Translations under genes and position numbers: made by a program | DNA from: Eledone cirrhosa | Taxonomy: Eukaryota | DNA: 64,000 nt | Direction of reading: 5' to 3' | Assembly (NCBI GenBank): GCA_964016885.1 | Contig: OZ024746.1 | Location: 75,764,001 to 75,828,000 of the forward strand | Notes under the pieces: model-generated | Databases searched by the model: none | Told to the model about the DNA's origin: nothing | Seen by the model: only the letters and a program-made list of their open reading frames with translations | In this document: positions 12,067-24,833 of the stretch, piece by piece | How the letters are laid out: every line of letters begins with the position of its first letter | Position numbering within the stretch: position 1 is the stretch's first letter

Positions 12067-12489
12067 ATAGGTTTTATACTAGCAAACGTTTCTCAGGTGT
12101 GTGATCAATTTGGTTAAATGCAAAACATTTTCATGTAAAACGATGACCTGCAATGAAATAAAACAAACATTAGTTTGTGACCAACAATAAACTTTAACAG
12201 TGATAATTTTATTGATGTAAATGATAGGTTATATATATATGTGTGAGAAAAGAATAGAATTTGTGATGTGAAGGAAGAACACATGTATGAAAAAAAATTG
12301 CCCTGAGCTAAATTTGGCAGATCCTTATGAAAGAAGACCTCAGTAGACAGATCTCAAGAAGGATGATACATGATCAAACTAAGTGACAATCTATTGTATT
12401 AACATCTTGTTTAAGTTATGACATCAAGAAACACTAACATGATGGCAATGATAGGTATAGATTAGAGACTGAACTGATAACAGAGACAA

Positions 12490-14090
12490 GAAGAGATGGT
12501 ATATATATATATAATTGCTGTGTGCAAGAAGTAAGGTGGAGGGGTGCTTCAACCAGATTCAGCACAGGCAAAGAACAACAGTACAAGTTCTGCTGCATAT
12601 GCCCAACAAACTGGATTTGCCAACAAACAAAAAGACCATTTCTATGAGGCCCTCTTACAGACTGCCTCAATGACAGATGACAGTGATCTTATGATCACAG
12701 CTGGTGCTTTCAATGGACATGTTGAGCAACATCATGACGGATTCCCTGGCATACATGGTAGTTACGGCTTGGGCACAAGAAATGAGGGAGTGACTAGGCT
12801 TTTGGAGTTCTCTGATGCTGTCCAATTAATGATCTGTAACACAAACTTCAAGAAACCTTCCAGCCACCACAATCAGGAGAGCATACAAGCTAAATAGATT
12901 TCATCCTCACCAGAACACAGGACAGGCAAATGATTGTAATTGTCAAAGCCTTTCCTGGGGAAGAATGTCCCTCCCAACATAGACTAGTTTTCAGTAACCT
13001 TAGAATGAGTGTTAAATAGACATAGAGACAAAAGCCAGTCTGGAGAAGGAAGACCTGGAAGCTAAGAGAACCTGTGGCAGGTAACAAATACAGAATACAG
13101 AAAAATCCTAATTGACACCTTTGATAGTAAGGAAGAGGAGATTGGGACATATAACATAGAGGAAAACTGGGGTTTCCAATGGGACAACCTGCTGGAAGCC
13201 ACAAACCAGGCCTGCAGCTGGAGCATGGTCCCAGTAAGACAAAGGGAGAAATAGCAATAGCTAGAAGAGAGGCTAGGTGTCTGGTATACCTAGCAAGGAC
13301 AAAGGCAGAAAAGAAGAAATTTGCTCATGTTCTGTGTCATGGAGATCAGAGGCATGAAGTGTTTTCGATTGTGAGACAGTGTACTAGAGAAATTTGTGAG
13401 TGGCAGGGGAAAAGTGCATTCGAAATGATAGTGGAGTACTTCCCCTGTCTATTGTTGAAAGAAAGGAAGCATGGAGGCTTACTATGAGAGACTCCTGAAC
13501 GAAGAGAAAAAATGGGACAACAAAGGTCTACTCCATATAGATCCAACTGAGGGACCAGCCATAAATGTTGACAGCAGTGTGATAAATAAAGCAATTAAGG
13601 ACATGAAGGTAAGGAAGGCAACTGGTCCATCTGGTATAGTTGCTGAGATGCTAAAAGCATCTAGCATGGTAGGATATGCACTAGTCAGATGCATAGTTAA
13701 TCATGTATTCCAGGAAGGGGTTATACCGAATGATTGTTACAGCAGTATCATTGTAAATTGCTACAAGGGCAAAGGAGATGCACTAGAGAGAAGTAACTGC
13801 AAAGGTATTAAGTTGATCAACCATATTATGAAAATTGCTGAGTTATAGTACAATTAATTAGGAACAGAATCAAGTTAGATGAGAAGCAGTTTGGATTTAT
13901 GCCAGACAGGAGTTCTATTGATGCCCTCTTTATAGAGTGAAAGCAGCAGAAGAGGTACTTAGCTAAGAGTAAGCCATTTTATCTGGCTTTTGTAGATATG
14001 GAGAAGGCCTTTGACAGCACTCCACGCTCTGTAATCTGGTGGGCACTTAGGAACGTAGGTGTAGATGAAAGGTTTGTAAGGGTTGAGCAG
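12490..14090 (+). mobile_element. RTE-clade LINE, decayed (APE endonuclease and start of RT)
   Basis: AYAQQTG, AGAFNGHV, ICNTNFKK, KATGPSGIVAEML, YKGKGDALERSN.KGIKL, QFGFMP, LAFVDMEKAFD; many stops and frameshifts. Confidence 0.85.
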
Positions 14091-15119
14091 AACTACTCCT
14101 TAACTACAACCCCACCTCTAAAGACCTTAGGTATCCTTACCATTACACCTTAGTAGCTACTCTTTCTACCCCTTATTCAAGCCCCACTACCATTCCTTAC
14201 ACCATCTAAAGACCTTAGATATATTCACCATTACACCCTAGTTGCTACTTTCTCTACCCCTTGTTCACCTCTATTACCACTGCCTCTCTATCATGCACAT
14301 CTCCAACACCACTACATCCCCTCCCCCATGCACTAACTAGCTTTACTCCTTACCTATCTCCCCATCATTCCCCCACCCCCACCATATTGACCACATCGTT
14401 CACACCATTACATCCCCAAACACTATTCAGCCACCCCTACCCATCATCACAAACACCTATAACCTAATACCTATCTCCTTCCCCAGAGCTGAGAGGGCTC
14501 TACAGTTGGGTCTATAACCAACAACCTCTCTAGTGATTGTGCCATGAAAATACACCTGGTACATTCAGTGTGAGTAGTTGGTGAAAGGAAAGGCACCTTG
14601 CTGTAGAAACCATGCCTAAAAGGGTTGAGAGGACTCTTCAGCTGTGTCAAAGATACAACAACCTCTTTAGTATTGGTGATCTACATGATAAATGCATCCA
14701 GTACATGTTGTAAAGTGGTTGGTGATAGGAAGGGTTTCCAACCGTAGAAAGCTTGCCAAAAAAAAAATAATGGATGGGAAGATCCTTTAGTTATGTCAAG
14801 GACATGACCCCCTCCTTAGTGTTTGTGATCTACATAATAAAAGCACCCATTACATGTTGTAAAGTTGTTGGTGTTAGGAAGAACATCCAGCCATAGAAAG
14901 CTTGCCAAATGCGGGGTTAGGTGGATCCTTCAGTTTGTGTCAAAAGACACGGCAACTTTTCTTCTGCACTCGATAATGACTGTACTTAAGTGGGATACAG
15001 ACCTTGGCCTGTCTGAGATGTCAGTGACCTTGCTTCAGTGCTGACTTGGTCTATGTAGACCTGTCTAACCTTTGCTAGCAGGGAAAGCAGCCGTTAAAAG
15101 ATAATGACGATATATACAT

Positions 15120-15310
15120 ATGAAGGAAGCGTGGTAAGAAACCAGGTGGACCATAACGCACCAGTCTTCGATACTTTGGGTAGTAGAGTGGGTAATAGGA
15201 AAAGATTCAGGACCCCGACGGCAGAGCTCAAGCCGTTTCGACGGCTATTTCAGTTCAGAAATAGCCGTCGAAACGGCTTGAGCTCTGCCGTCGGGGTCCT
15301 GAACCTTTTC
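15120..15310. mobile_element. Short fold-back element carrying the 3' half of a hammerhead on both strands (homologue at 24095-24300)
   Basis: 53-bp arms (15199-15251 / 15258-15310, one mismatch) with a 6-nt loop. Each strand reads GAAA-CGGC-loop-GCCG-UC-GGGGUCC. Confidence 0.7.
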
Positions 15311-16409
15311 TGATATATATATATATATATATATATAATTACTTTCATTATTTTGTCAGCCTATCATTTTTGTATGGGCTGGATGGGTTGTCAATTTTTT
15401 TAGAGTAGACAGGTTAATTCTTGTCTTGTACGTTCAATTTATGGTATGGTTTCTCCAGTTGGATGTCCTTCCTAACACCAACTACCCACTAGGTGGACCA
15501 AGTGCATTATAACCTGAATGATGCAATCTATCCATCACTTTAAGAGAAACCATTTGTTATCAGCAGAGATAATATCTCCCTGAACTTTTTCCAACAGGTT
15601 CTTACTATAGCTACTATGCTTTCAGAACACCTAGGTAACACACTTTTATCTACTTCTATTGAGACATCTGAGATTCTCTTTCGGTCTCTTAACCAAATTG
15701 TATATTTTGTTATGCAATTGTATTATTCATGAAAAAATTAAATAAATATAAAATATTTACGTATTTTACATAAGAAAGAAATACAAGAATTAAATATTCT
15801 CGTATTTTACCACCTTATAAAAAAAAATCATTCATTCCATCAACTAAACAAGCTGACCGCAACACAACCTCATAAAAATATTCTTCCGCCAATCACCAAA
15901 CAAATTAATACCAACTTATCTAGTTTCTTAATCTCTTGTCGTTGTTATTTATCCTCAAGTAAACCCTAATCGAACAAATTTCTAAATCAAAGATCCCATT
16001 AACATTATCTTTTTCCGAGATTCAATTTACCCCTGATGGCATTGTCCTTTTATTAGAGTTCTGAGCTACTATTTCTAGTATATCAAATTAGGAGTAGCGG
16101 GGATCTCGTTTTCTTGTGTCTACCACAGGTATAGGCGAAAAATAAGTGTATCTGTACTCATGGGAAAACTTATTCTATTTGCTTTATTTTATCTACGAAT
16201 CACGTAACTATGTTATTTTAAAAAAAATTATTGCATTTTCGACATCCATATTTCCTCATTGTGGTATTGTCTGTCGAGATTTAAATGTTATATACTCGTT
16301 GACGAATATATAACATTTAACATCAACACATAATTAAAATATTGTTAACAACACTTAAATACATGTGTAACTTAACTGAACTAACAACCGTCTACATTAA
16401 CATCACACG

Positions 16410-16787
16410 GAAATTACCTTACCAGAACACGCTTCTGCTTCTCCTCACATCTTTTTTTTTTTTTTTTTTTTAACTTGCGTCATACATATGTGTGAATATA
16501 GAATATTTTGGAGAAGAAAAATAGCCTAAAGTATGTATAGTTAGGTGACTGGTTAAAATAGTAACTTTAATTTAAATTTACTATTTAAACAAGGTAAGAA
16601 TTTAAAGGGACGTCACTCTTGATTAAAAATGACTACTAGAGGCGCCACCATACACAGTGGTTGTAGATGTAAACTTATCGTTATTAAGTTGTATTAAATA
16701 TTTGAAATGTCTAAATCACACCTAACAAAGGTGTAGTACTGATGTGTGTGTCTGTTGATCTGGTTGTTTCATTATGTTAACTGTTGA
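16410..16787. promoter_or_regulatory. Bidirectional ZNF promoter module, left copy (minus-strand donor at 16417 serving ZNF2; plus-facing half cut at ~16787)
   Basis: AAG|GTAATT on minus; GGGACGTCACTCTTGAT and CTACTAGAGGCGC (16633-16645) on plus; inverted homologue at 17897-18276. Confidence 0.6.
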
Positions 16788-17871
16788 TTCTTTCCAGAGC
16801 AAGATCCTTTATATATCTTACAGACTGGTCTTTTTCCTCAGCAAACCTTAAACATTGCAAAATGTACACTTTCTCCCACAAACTGCACATTTTTTGCCTT
16901 TTGCTGAACACAATCCACTTTGATGAGCCTTTTCTTTCTTATACCCACATTTATCACGGGTAGCTCTCTTGAGAGTCTTACGAGGAGGCTTAATGAAACG
17001 TACAATCTCCATTTGCGACATACTGGCCGTTTGCCTATCAGTTGTTTCGAGTATATTCCAGTTTAATCTGTTTCATAATCAGATCATTCTTGTGGGGTTT
17101 TCTTCTGGGAGTAGGAGCTTGCATGGCGATGGCATCTCTGGTTGCACGTCTTGCTCTAAAACCTGAGGACACCAGCCTGAAAATTCATTGCTACCTGAGT
17201 CACGTCATAGAAGAGTTTGTACATGGGTATACCTGATTCATTGTTGCTTTCAAACCATCCTTGGTAGTTTTCACGGCTTGACTGAACAAATCTCCTGCTT
17301 TGACTTTACCTGTATGATCAGAGATCATCACTTTCCCATATCTATATCAGACACTTTTTTTTTTTAGCATCAGTAATTATATCTGTTGTGAAAATCAATT
17401 CCTCTCGCTTCACATATTTCTCAAATCTTTCTAGTATCTCTGTGGTGTCAATGCCTTTGAAAAATTGTTTCAGTGCCCCTTATAGTTTGTTTGCTGCCAT
17501 GTCTATCTATGGAATTTTCGAATCTTGTAGCCAGATGAAATATCTATTTAGCAGCAACAGAAGTCAGATCACCATCATGCAGTTCTAACACAATTGATAG
17601 TTGTCAAGTAAATATAGTCCATACATCAACGAGGCACCAGAATATAAATACAACAAACCAAGTGTCTGGAAAAACAAAAGAAACCTGAGCCAGAAACCTC
17701 ACACTGTTTAGAAAGAGATACAATTTTTATATAATAAATATGATTTGCAAAAGAAACAAATTAATAGAAATCAATTTGGAAAAAAATAAATCGAGAGAGG
17801 ACATAGACACTCAATAACACGCTGGAGTTGTCTACTACTAATATTTTCGACAAGCGAAGATATGCACAACA
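16788..17871 (-). mobile_element. Gypsy-like LTR retrotransposon 5' remnant (possible LTR, PBS, decayed gag)
   Basis: Minus-strand CSAKGKKCAVCGRK..HFA-type zinc knuckle at ~16850-16960; gag-like LERFEKYVKREELIF...YKLFYD; PBS-like TGGTGCCTCG at ~17630-17639. Confidence 0.55.
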
Positions 17872-17896
17872 TCACCTGATATTTCAGTAAGGCAAG

Positions 17897-18276
17897 AAAT
17901 CACCTTACCAGAACAGTGTCTTATTTTCTCTCTTCATTCAACAGTGTACATAGTGAAACAAGCAGATCAGCAGACATCTCACTACTACACCTTGTTGACC
18001 TTTCAGATATTTAATACAACTTTATAATGGATACCTTGCAGCTACTGTGTATAGTGACACTTCGAATGGTCATTTAGGGGATGGGAGGGTATAAATCAAG
18101 AGTGACCTCCCTTCGAATTTACATAGAACTATTACAATCTTGGACAAGACACTTAACTATACTGTAAGTTCTCTGTCAACTCCAGAGTATTATTTACTTA
18201 TTTCACACATATGTATAGCATTAGTAAAAAAAAAAAAAAAAGACTCAAAGTCGAAGCGTGTTCTGCTAAGGTAATT
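17897..18276. promoter_or_regulatory. Bidirectional ZNF promoter module, right (inverted) copy (minus donor 17903; plus donor 18270/18271, likely serving ZNF3)
   Basis: Reverse-complement homology to 16410-16787. AAG|GTAATT at 18271 is followed by ~600 bp homologous to the other paralogues' intron starts. Confidence 0.6.
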
Positions 18277-19653
18277 TCTGGATGGTATTGTTAATGTAGG
18301 CTGTTAGTTTTATTAGGTTACAAATGCTGTTAACGATATTATAATGGTGTGTTGGTATTAAATGTGGATACATATTTGTCAACAAAACATTGTCCAGATC
18401 TAAAATAAATTTCAATAGTAAATACCACGATGAGGAAATATGGGTGTCGAGAATGTAATGGTTTTAAAATGACATCAGGTTAAGTTGTTTACATTATTCG
18501 TTGATAAAGTTAGGCAAACAGAATAAGTTTGGCCGCGAGTACACTTTTACTTATCTTTACACTTACAGTAGGTACAAGAAGCAAACGTCAATTGACATGT
18601 TAGAAGTAGCAGTCAATTACCCTTAAATCATATAAAAAGATATATTTAATGATGCAGTCATGAATAAATCGTATATTGGAAAAAAACGCGATGTTCATGG
18701 TTGGAATGTCTTTGATGATAGATATACTCGATCAAAGTTAACCTGCGGTTTAACAATAACAACAGGTAAAGAAGCTAGCCAATTAGATATTAATTTGTTT
18801 GGTGGTTAGCGGAAGAATATTTTCTATGACGTTATGCTGCGTTCAGCTTGTTTGGTTGACAGAATATTTGAGTTGTACAATAAATACTTTTTTATGAAAT
18901 ATAATTAGAAAATATTTCATTCATTTATTATTTTTTAATATAAAATATGAACATAATTTATATTTAAACTTACGGGGGAAGATTTTTTGTTCTCTTCGCT
19001 CTTGGGCCACATTATTTTAGACATACCCTTTCAATGCAACCGAACATTAAATAAGTCGATTGTAAAATGTACTCATCCGATTTTTAGACTCACTACGGAA
19101 GTGAATTTGTCCTGTCCATTGAACACCCTATATATTTGTAGCCCTTGTTGGATACAATGACCTGTCAATTTATAAATCAACTTTTTATGTCCATCCGACC
19201 CATTTTTTTTTAATCTTAAAAAGAAATATTCTGTAAATTTTAGGTCACGTGACAATATGTTTTAAAAGCCCGATGAAAATTCACATTTTTGAAGAATCTC
19301 CCAAATTCTTCCCCAATCTATATATGGATATTCAAGCCAACAATTTCATTCGCTGTGACATCTTTTTAAGGCACGAAATGCCTTTAGAAACAAGGGTTAT
19401 GCACTCACAAGGTATTTATCATTTAGCCTAACATTCATAATGCTTACACAAAACAAATAAACACATCGCATTATTCTTTTTATTGTATTTAATATTAGAA
19501 CTATTGTTTCTATTATTTTTCAACAAAATAATGTTAAGTTGATCTTATCTAGAGTAAATAAAAGGAGATTATAATTTGTACAAACTGTTTTTTATACTTC
19601 TGACATCATCATCATCACTGCATCATCATCATCATTTTATGTCTTCTTGCTAC

Positions 19654-19911
19654 CACCTCATTTTATATTCCCTTTAAATCAATTATAGTAATATCAGCCA
19701 TCATAAACATATACACTGTGGTTTACTTCACGCTACAAAAACAACATCTATGATAGATAGGAAATAACAAAGATAAGAAATCTATGTCCAGTCAGTGGGT
19801 GGCTTTGTTCTTATTGTCCAAAGCCAGTTTACATTTGTGAATATATGTATATAGTTAAGCATACAGACAGATAGGTAGATAGACAGATAAATAGATAGAC
19901 ATTTTTGTTAA
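19654..19911 (+). repeat. Left arm of a ~260-bp long-range inverted repeat (partner 39090-39350)
   Basis: Reverse-complement match with only a handful of substitutions and one 3-bp indel. Confidence 0.9.
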
Positions 19912-20514
19912 TACCATCATAGTTGTTTTTATTATTGTTTTAAACACAGGCACATGCCCACATTTATATATACATAAATACATCCCCACCCTCCAGCTCT
20001 TCATCCAACACCAGGTAGACTTATGGCCTGTCAGTCCAGAAGATCCTCCAGAACGAGACATTCTGTTTGTTTTTTTGCTAGCAGGATTATTTTTCCATTA
20101 CTGGCCTGTCGCGACTGACGCCATCAAAAAGAAAGGAAAAGGCCGATAGAGGCTGGCACCAGTGACGTCAGAACTCATTTCTACAGCTGACTGAACTAAA
20201 TTGTCTTGCTCAAAGACAATGCATCGCTTGTCCAGGAATCGCACTCACCTCACGATTGTGAATCCAACACTCTAACCACTAAAACCTTCACCCCTGCCCC
20301 CATATATATTTTCTCTCATGATTTGTCTTTCTCTCTGCACGTATGTACACATTGCAGTTTCCAAGACACCAGCCTCCAAAATGTCACATCATCATGGCTT
20401 ATATATATCACCTTGACCGACCAGTCTGTCGGGTGCCATTCGGCGCCGCTAGTCACAGCACGTGCTGTTTTAGCCATATGATGACGCCATCCCACTGGCT
20501 GGGCGGGCAGGCCG

Positions 20515-21165
20515 TAAGTCTAAGGTCTGTCTTAAGACAGAAGGCTCATTTGGCCGGTGCTTATCCCGGTTTCATGGCGTGAGGCGACTGAGAGTACAAG
20601 ACTCCCCCCTGGACAGGACGCCAGTCCATCGCAGGGTTAAACCTCCAGCTATTGCTGGTACTCATATTCAGCTGAGTAAACTGGAGCAACGTGAAATAAA
20701 GTGTCTTGCTCAAGGAAACAACACATCACCCGGTCCGAGAATTGAACTCACAACCTTTCGATTGCAAGCCTACTGCTCTAACCACTGAGCCATGTGCCTA
20801 TATATATATACTCTTTTACCCTATTACCTGTTCCAGCCATTTGGCTGAGGCCATGCTGGGGCACTGCTATATATATATATATATAAAAGTCTAAAATCTG
20901 TCTTAAGCCAGAAGGCTCATTTGGCTGGTGCTTATCCCGGTTTCATGGCGTGAAGCGACTGAGAGTACAAGACTGCCCCCTGGATAGGACGCCAGTCCAT
21001 CGCAGGGTTAAAACTCCAGTTATTGTTGGCAATCATTTTCAGCTGAGTATACTGGAGCAACGTGAAATGAAGTGTTTTGCTCAAGAACGCAACATGCAAC
21101 CCAGGACTCGAGCCCATGACATTATGACCGTAAGTCCAACACCCTTACCACTAGGCCACGTGCCT
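20515..21165 (-). mobile_element. Two tandem tRNA-derived SINEs (20515-20799 and 20885-21165) with CORE-like and Meta-like domains
   Basis: Minus strand: GGCACATGGCTCAGTGGTTAG A-box and GAGTTCAATTC B-box, TTGAGCAAGACACTTTATTTCAC, CCCTGCGATGGACTGGCGTCC..CCAGGGGG, GAAACCGGGATAAGCACC. Confidence 0.75.
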
Positions 21166-21215
<50 letters not shown>

Positions 21216-21366
21216 ATACTTTGGGAGGGTCATGTTGCCAATAAGAAACACACGCACCAGTTGCTTTCACTTCAATTTAATTTAATATATATTTATAAAT
21301 TTACAAATTTATAAATTTCTGGTTGGTTGGTTGGTTCCACAACCAGATAGTTGTTTATATATATAT

Positions 21367-21411
21367 AGTCATAGTTCTTTCGTCACACACTCTGTGACCT
21401 CTTCAGTGACT
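21367..21411 (-). ncRNA. Minimal type I hammerhead ribozyme (mirror copy)
   Basis: Exact reverse complement of 21514-21558. Confidence 0.8.
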
Positions 21412-21513
21412 GGGGATTTCTTTCTTCGTTTCTGTGCCTTTCCTTTCTTCTATCCTACGCCATGGCGTAGGATAGAAGAAAGGAAAGGCACAGAAACGAA
21501 GAAAGAAATCCCC

Positions 21514-21558
21514 AGTCACTGAAGAGGTCACAGAGTGTGTGACGAAAGAACTATGACT
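21514..21558 (+). ncRNA. Minimal type I hammerhead ribozyme
   Basis: AGUCA-CUGAAGA-G-GUCACA(gagug)UGUGAC-GAAA-GAAC-UA/UGACU: 5-bp stem I, 6-bp stem II, short stem III; predicted cleavage after 21553. Confidence 0.8.
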
Positions 21559-21775
21559 ATATATATATAAACAACTATCTGGTTGTGGAACCAACCAACC
21601 AACCAACCAGAAATTTATAAATTTGTAAATTTATAAATATATATTAAATTAAATTGAAGTGAAAGCAACTGGTGCGTGTGTTTCTTATTGGCAACATGAC
21701 CCTCCCAAAGTATAACAATATCGGTTTCAACACACGATTTCAGATAAAGAATCTTGCTAAACAAATTCAGAAACG

Positions 21776-21777
<2 letters not shown>

Positions 21778-21865
<88 letters not shown>

Positions 21866-21923
21866 ATATATATATATAAATAAATATATATATATATAAA
21901 TAAAAATATATATATATAAATAA

Positions 21924-21963
<40 letters not shown>

Positions 21964-22567
21964 ATATATATATAAATAAATATATATATATATATAAATA
22001 AATATATATATAAATAAATATATATATATATAAATAAATAAATATATATATATATATATAAATAAATATATATATATATATATAAATAAATATATATATA
22101 TATATATAAATAAATATATATATAAATACATATATATATATATATAAATAAATAAATATATATATATATATATAAATACATATATATATATATATAAATA
22201 CATATATATATATATATAAATACATATATATATATATATAAATACATATATATATATATATATAAATACATATATATATATATAAATAAATATATATAAA
22301 TATATATAAATAAATATATATATATAAATAAATATATATAAATATATATAAATAAATATATATATATATATAAATAAATATATATAAATATATATAAATA
22401 AATATATATAAATAAATATATATAAATAAATATAAATAAATATATATAAATAAATATAAATAAATATATATATATATATATATAAATAAATATATATATA
22501 TATATAAACATATATATATATATATATATAAACATATATATATATATATATATAAACATATATATAA
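21778..22567. repeat. (TA)n / (TAAA)-interrupted microsatellite array
   Basis: Direct inspection. Confidence 0.95.
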
Positions 22568-23478
22568 AGTACAGTAGCTAGAGTCAGAACTGGGTGGAAA
22601 AAGTTCAGAGAGCTTATACCACTATTAGCCGCTAAAGGGTTCTCCCTAAAAATGAAAGGCAGGCTGTACGATGCCTGCATACGAACAGCAATGTTGCATG
22701 GCAGTGAGACCTGGGCATTGTGTGCAGAGGATATACGCAGACTAGAGAGAAACGAAGCTTGCATGCTCCGCTGGATGTGTAATAGTAATATACGTGAACG
22801 ACAAAGCATAAACGAACTAAGGAAAAAATTAGAAATAAGAGGGATCAGATGTTGTTTACTAGAGAGAAGGCTACGTTGGTATGGTCACGTGATGCGCATG
22901 AAGGACGATAGCTGTATAACAAAGTTCAGGGCAATAAAGATAGACGGTAGCCACGGAATAGGCAGACCCAGAAAAACCTGGGACGAGCTGATAAACTCCG
23001 ACCTCACACACTTACACCTCACCAAGACATTGTCACTGGACCGAGACCTTTGGCGGTACTCAGTAATAGAGAAGACCCGCCTTACCTAAATACAAAGTAA
23101 AACCTACTACAGTCAGTAGGCATCTCTAACAAAATACCCCACCCCCACCCCCATCCCATCCACACCGCCCCCTTCTATGTAAAGTTATGTTGGTGCCACA
23201 CCATCCAGGCCGAAACAAATGAGATCGTGTAGGTGTCACGACAAAAAACCACACAGTCCACGCTGTAATGTGGCCGTGTAGGCAACACGGTAAAAACCTC
23301 CCAGACCCACACTGTAAATGTGGTTGGTGTTAGGAAGGGCATCCAACTGTAGAAAACCTGCCAGACAGTCCTATGCGAGCAAGACAATCACTCTTGCCTC
23401 AAGTGGGAATACCCCCGTCCAAACCCACGCAAGCGTGGAACACGGACGTTAAACGTTGATGATGATGATGATGATGAT
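22568..23478 (+). mobile_element. RTE LINE 3' fragment with 3' UTR and (GAT)n tail
   Basis: [20 protein letters not shown]...[12 protein letters not shown]...GRPRKTW; tail GGACGTTAAACGTTGATGATGAT. Confidence 0.9.
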
Positions 23479-23865
23479 ATAATATATATATATATATATA
23501 TAAATATATATAATATATATATATAAATATATATAATATATATACAATATTCAATACATTAACAGAGAAAGCCTTAAGCTATACTCTGACTGGCTTCCAT
23601 CTCACTCAACAAACATTAGGATATACCTTAGTATAATCCCAATTTTACGTTTGGGGTGCTAACTATATGTATATTGCGGAAAGCCAGTAGTATTATTTAA
23701 TATGAGACATAATTAAAATATATCTCCTTTTCCAAACAATTGTTTCATTATAAGTTTTCTACAAGTTGGGAGAATGTGTCCGGGTTATGTAGAAGCCTTC
23801 ACACATTCCGTAGGAATATATGCAGGTGGATGCCGTATAATATATATACATATATAAATATATAT

Positions 23866-23896
<31 letters not shown>

Positions 23897-23913
23897 ATAT
23901 GTATATATATATA

Positions 23914-23951
<38 letters not shown>

Positions 23952-23975
23952 ATATGTATATAAATATATATATAT

Positions 23976-24006
<31 letters not shown>

Positions 24007-24043
24007 AAATATATATAAATATTATTAGCATCATGACCCTCCC

Positions 24044-24077
<34 letters not shown>

Positions 24078-24094
24078 GATATAGATATAAATAA

Positions 24095-24300
24095 CGAAAG
24101 AAATGTGGTAAGGAACCAGGTAGACCATAACGCACCAAAGTACTCAATACTTAGGGTAGTAGAGTGGGTAATAGGAGCGAATAGGACCCCGACGGCTGAG
24201 CTCAAGCCGTTTCGACGGCTAATTCTGGACCCGAATTAGTCCAGAATTAGTCGTCGAAACGGCTTAAGCTCAGCCGTCGGGGGTCCTACTCGTTCCTGTA
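24095..24300. mobile_element. Second fold-back half-hammerhead element, inserted in (TA)n
   Basis: Arms ~24172-24230 / 24239-24297, loop CCGAATTA; homologous to 15120-15310. Confidence 0.7.
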
Positions 24301-24366
24301 TATATAAATATATATATATATATATAAAAATATATATATATATATAAAAATATATATATATATATA

Positions 24367-24416
<50 letters not shown>

Positions 24417-24564
24417 TATATATATAAAAATATATATATATATATATATAAAAATATATATATATATATATATAAAAATATATATATATATATAAAAAAA
24501 TATATATATATATATAAAAATATATATATAAATATATATATATATAAAAATATATATATATAAA

Positions 24565-24595
<31 letters not shown>

Positions 24596-24833
24596 TATAT
24601 ATATATAAAAATATATATATATATATATATATAAAAATATATATATATATATAAATATTTATATATAAAAAATATATATAAATATATATATATATAAATA
24701 TATATACATTTATATATATATAAATATATATACATTTATATATATATTTATATATATATATATATTTGTATATATATATATATTTATATATATACATATA
24801 TTTATATACATATATTTATATATATATATATAT

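Larger units (their letters stand above)
21208..21721. mobile_element. Spacer-less ~514-bp palindrome of a Penelope-like element pLTR
   Basis: Centre GCCA|TGGC at 21462/21463; arms identical except one AACC unit. Each arm contains a hammerhead and ends in ATGACCCTCCCAAAGTATAACAATA. Confidence 0.85.

Noticed and set aside
21331-21606. Two near-identical ORFs on opposite strands
   Set aside because: A consequence of the palindrome; no coding signature.
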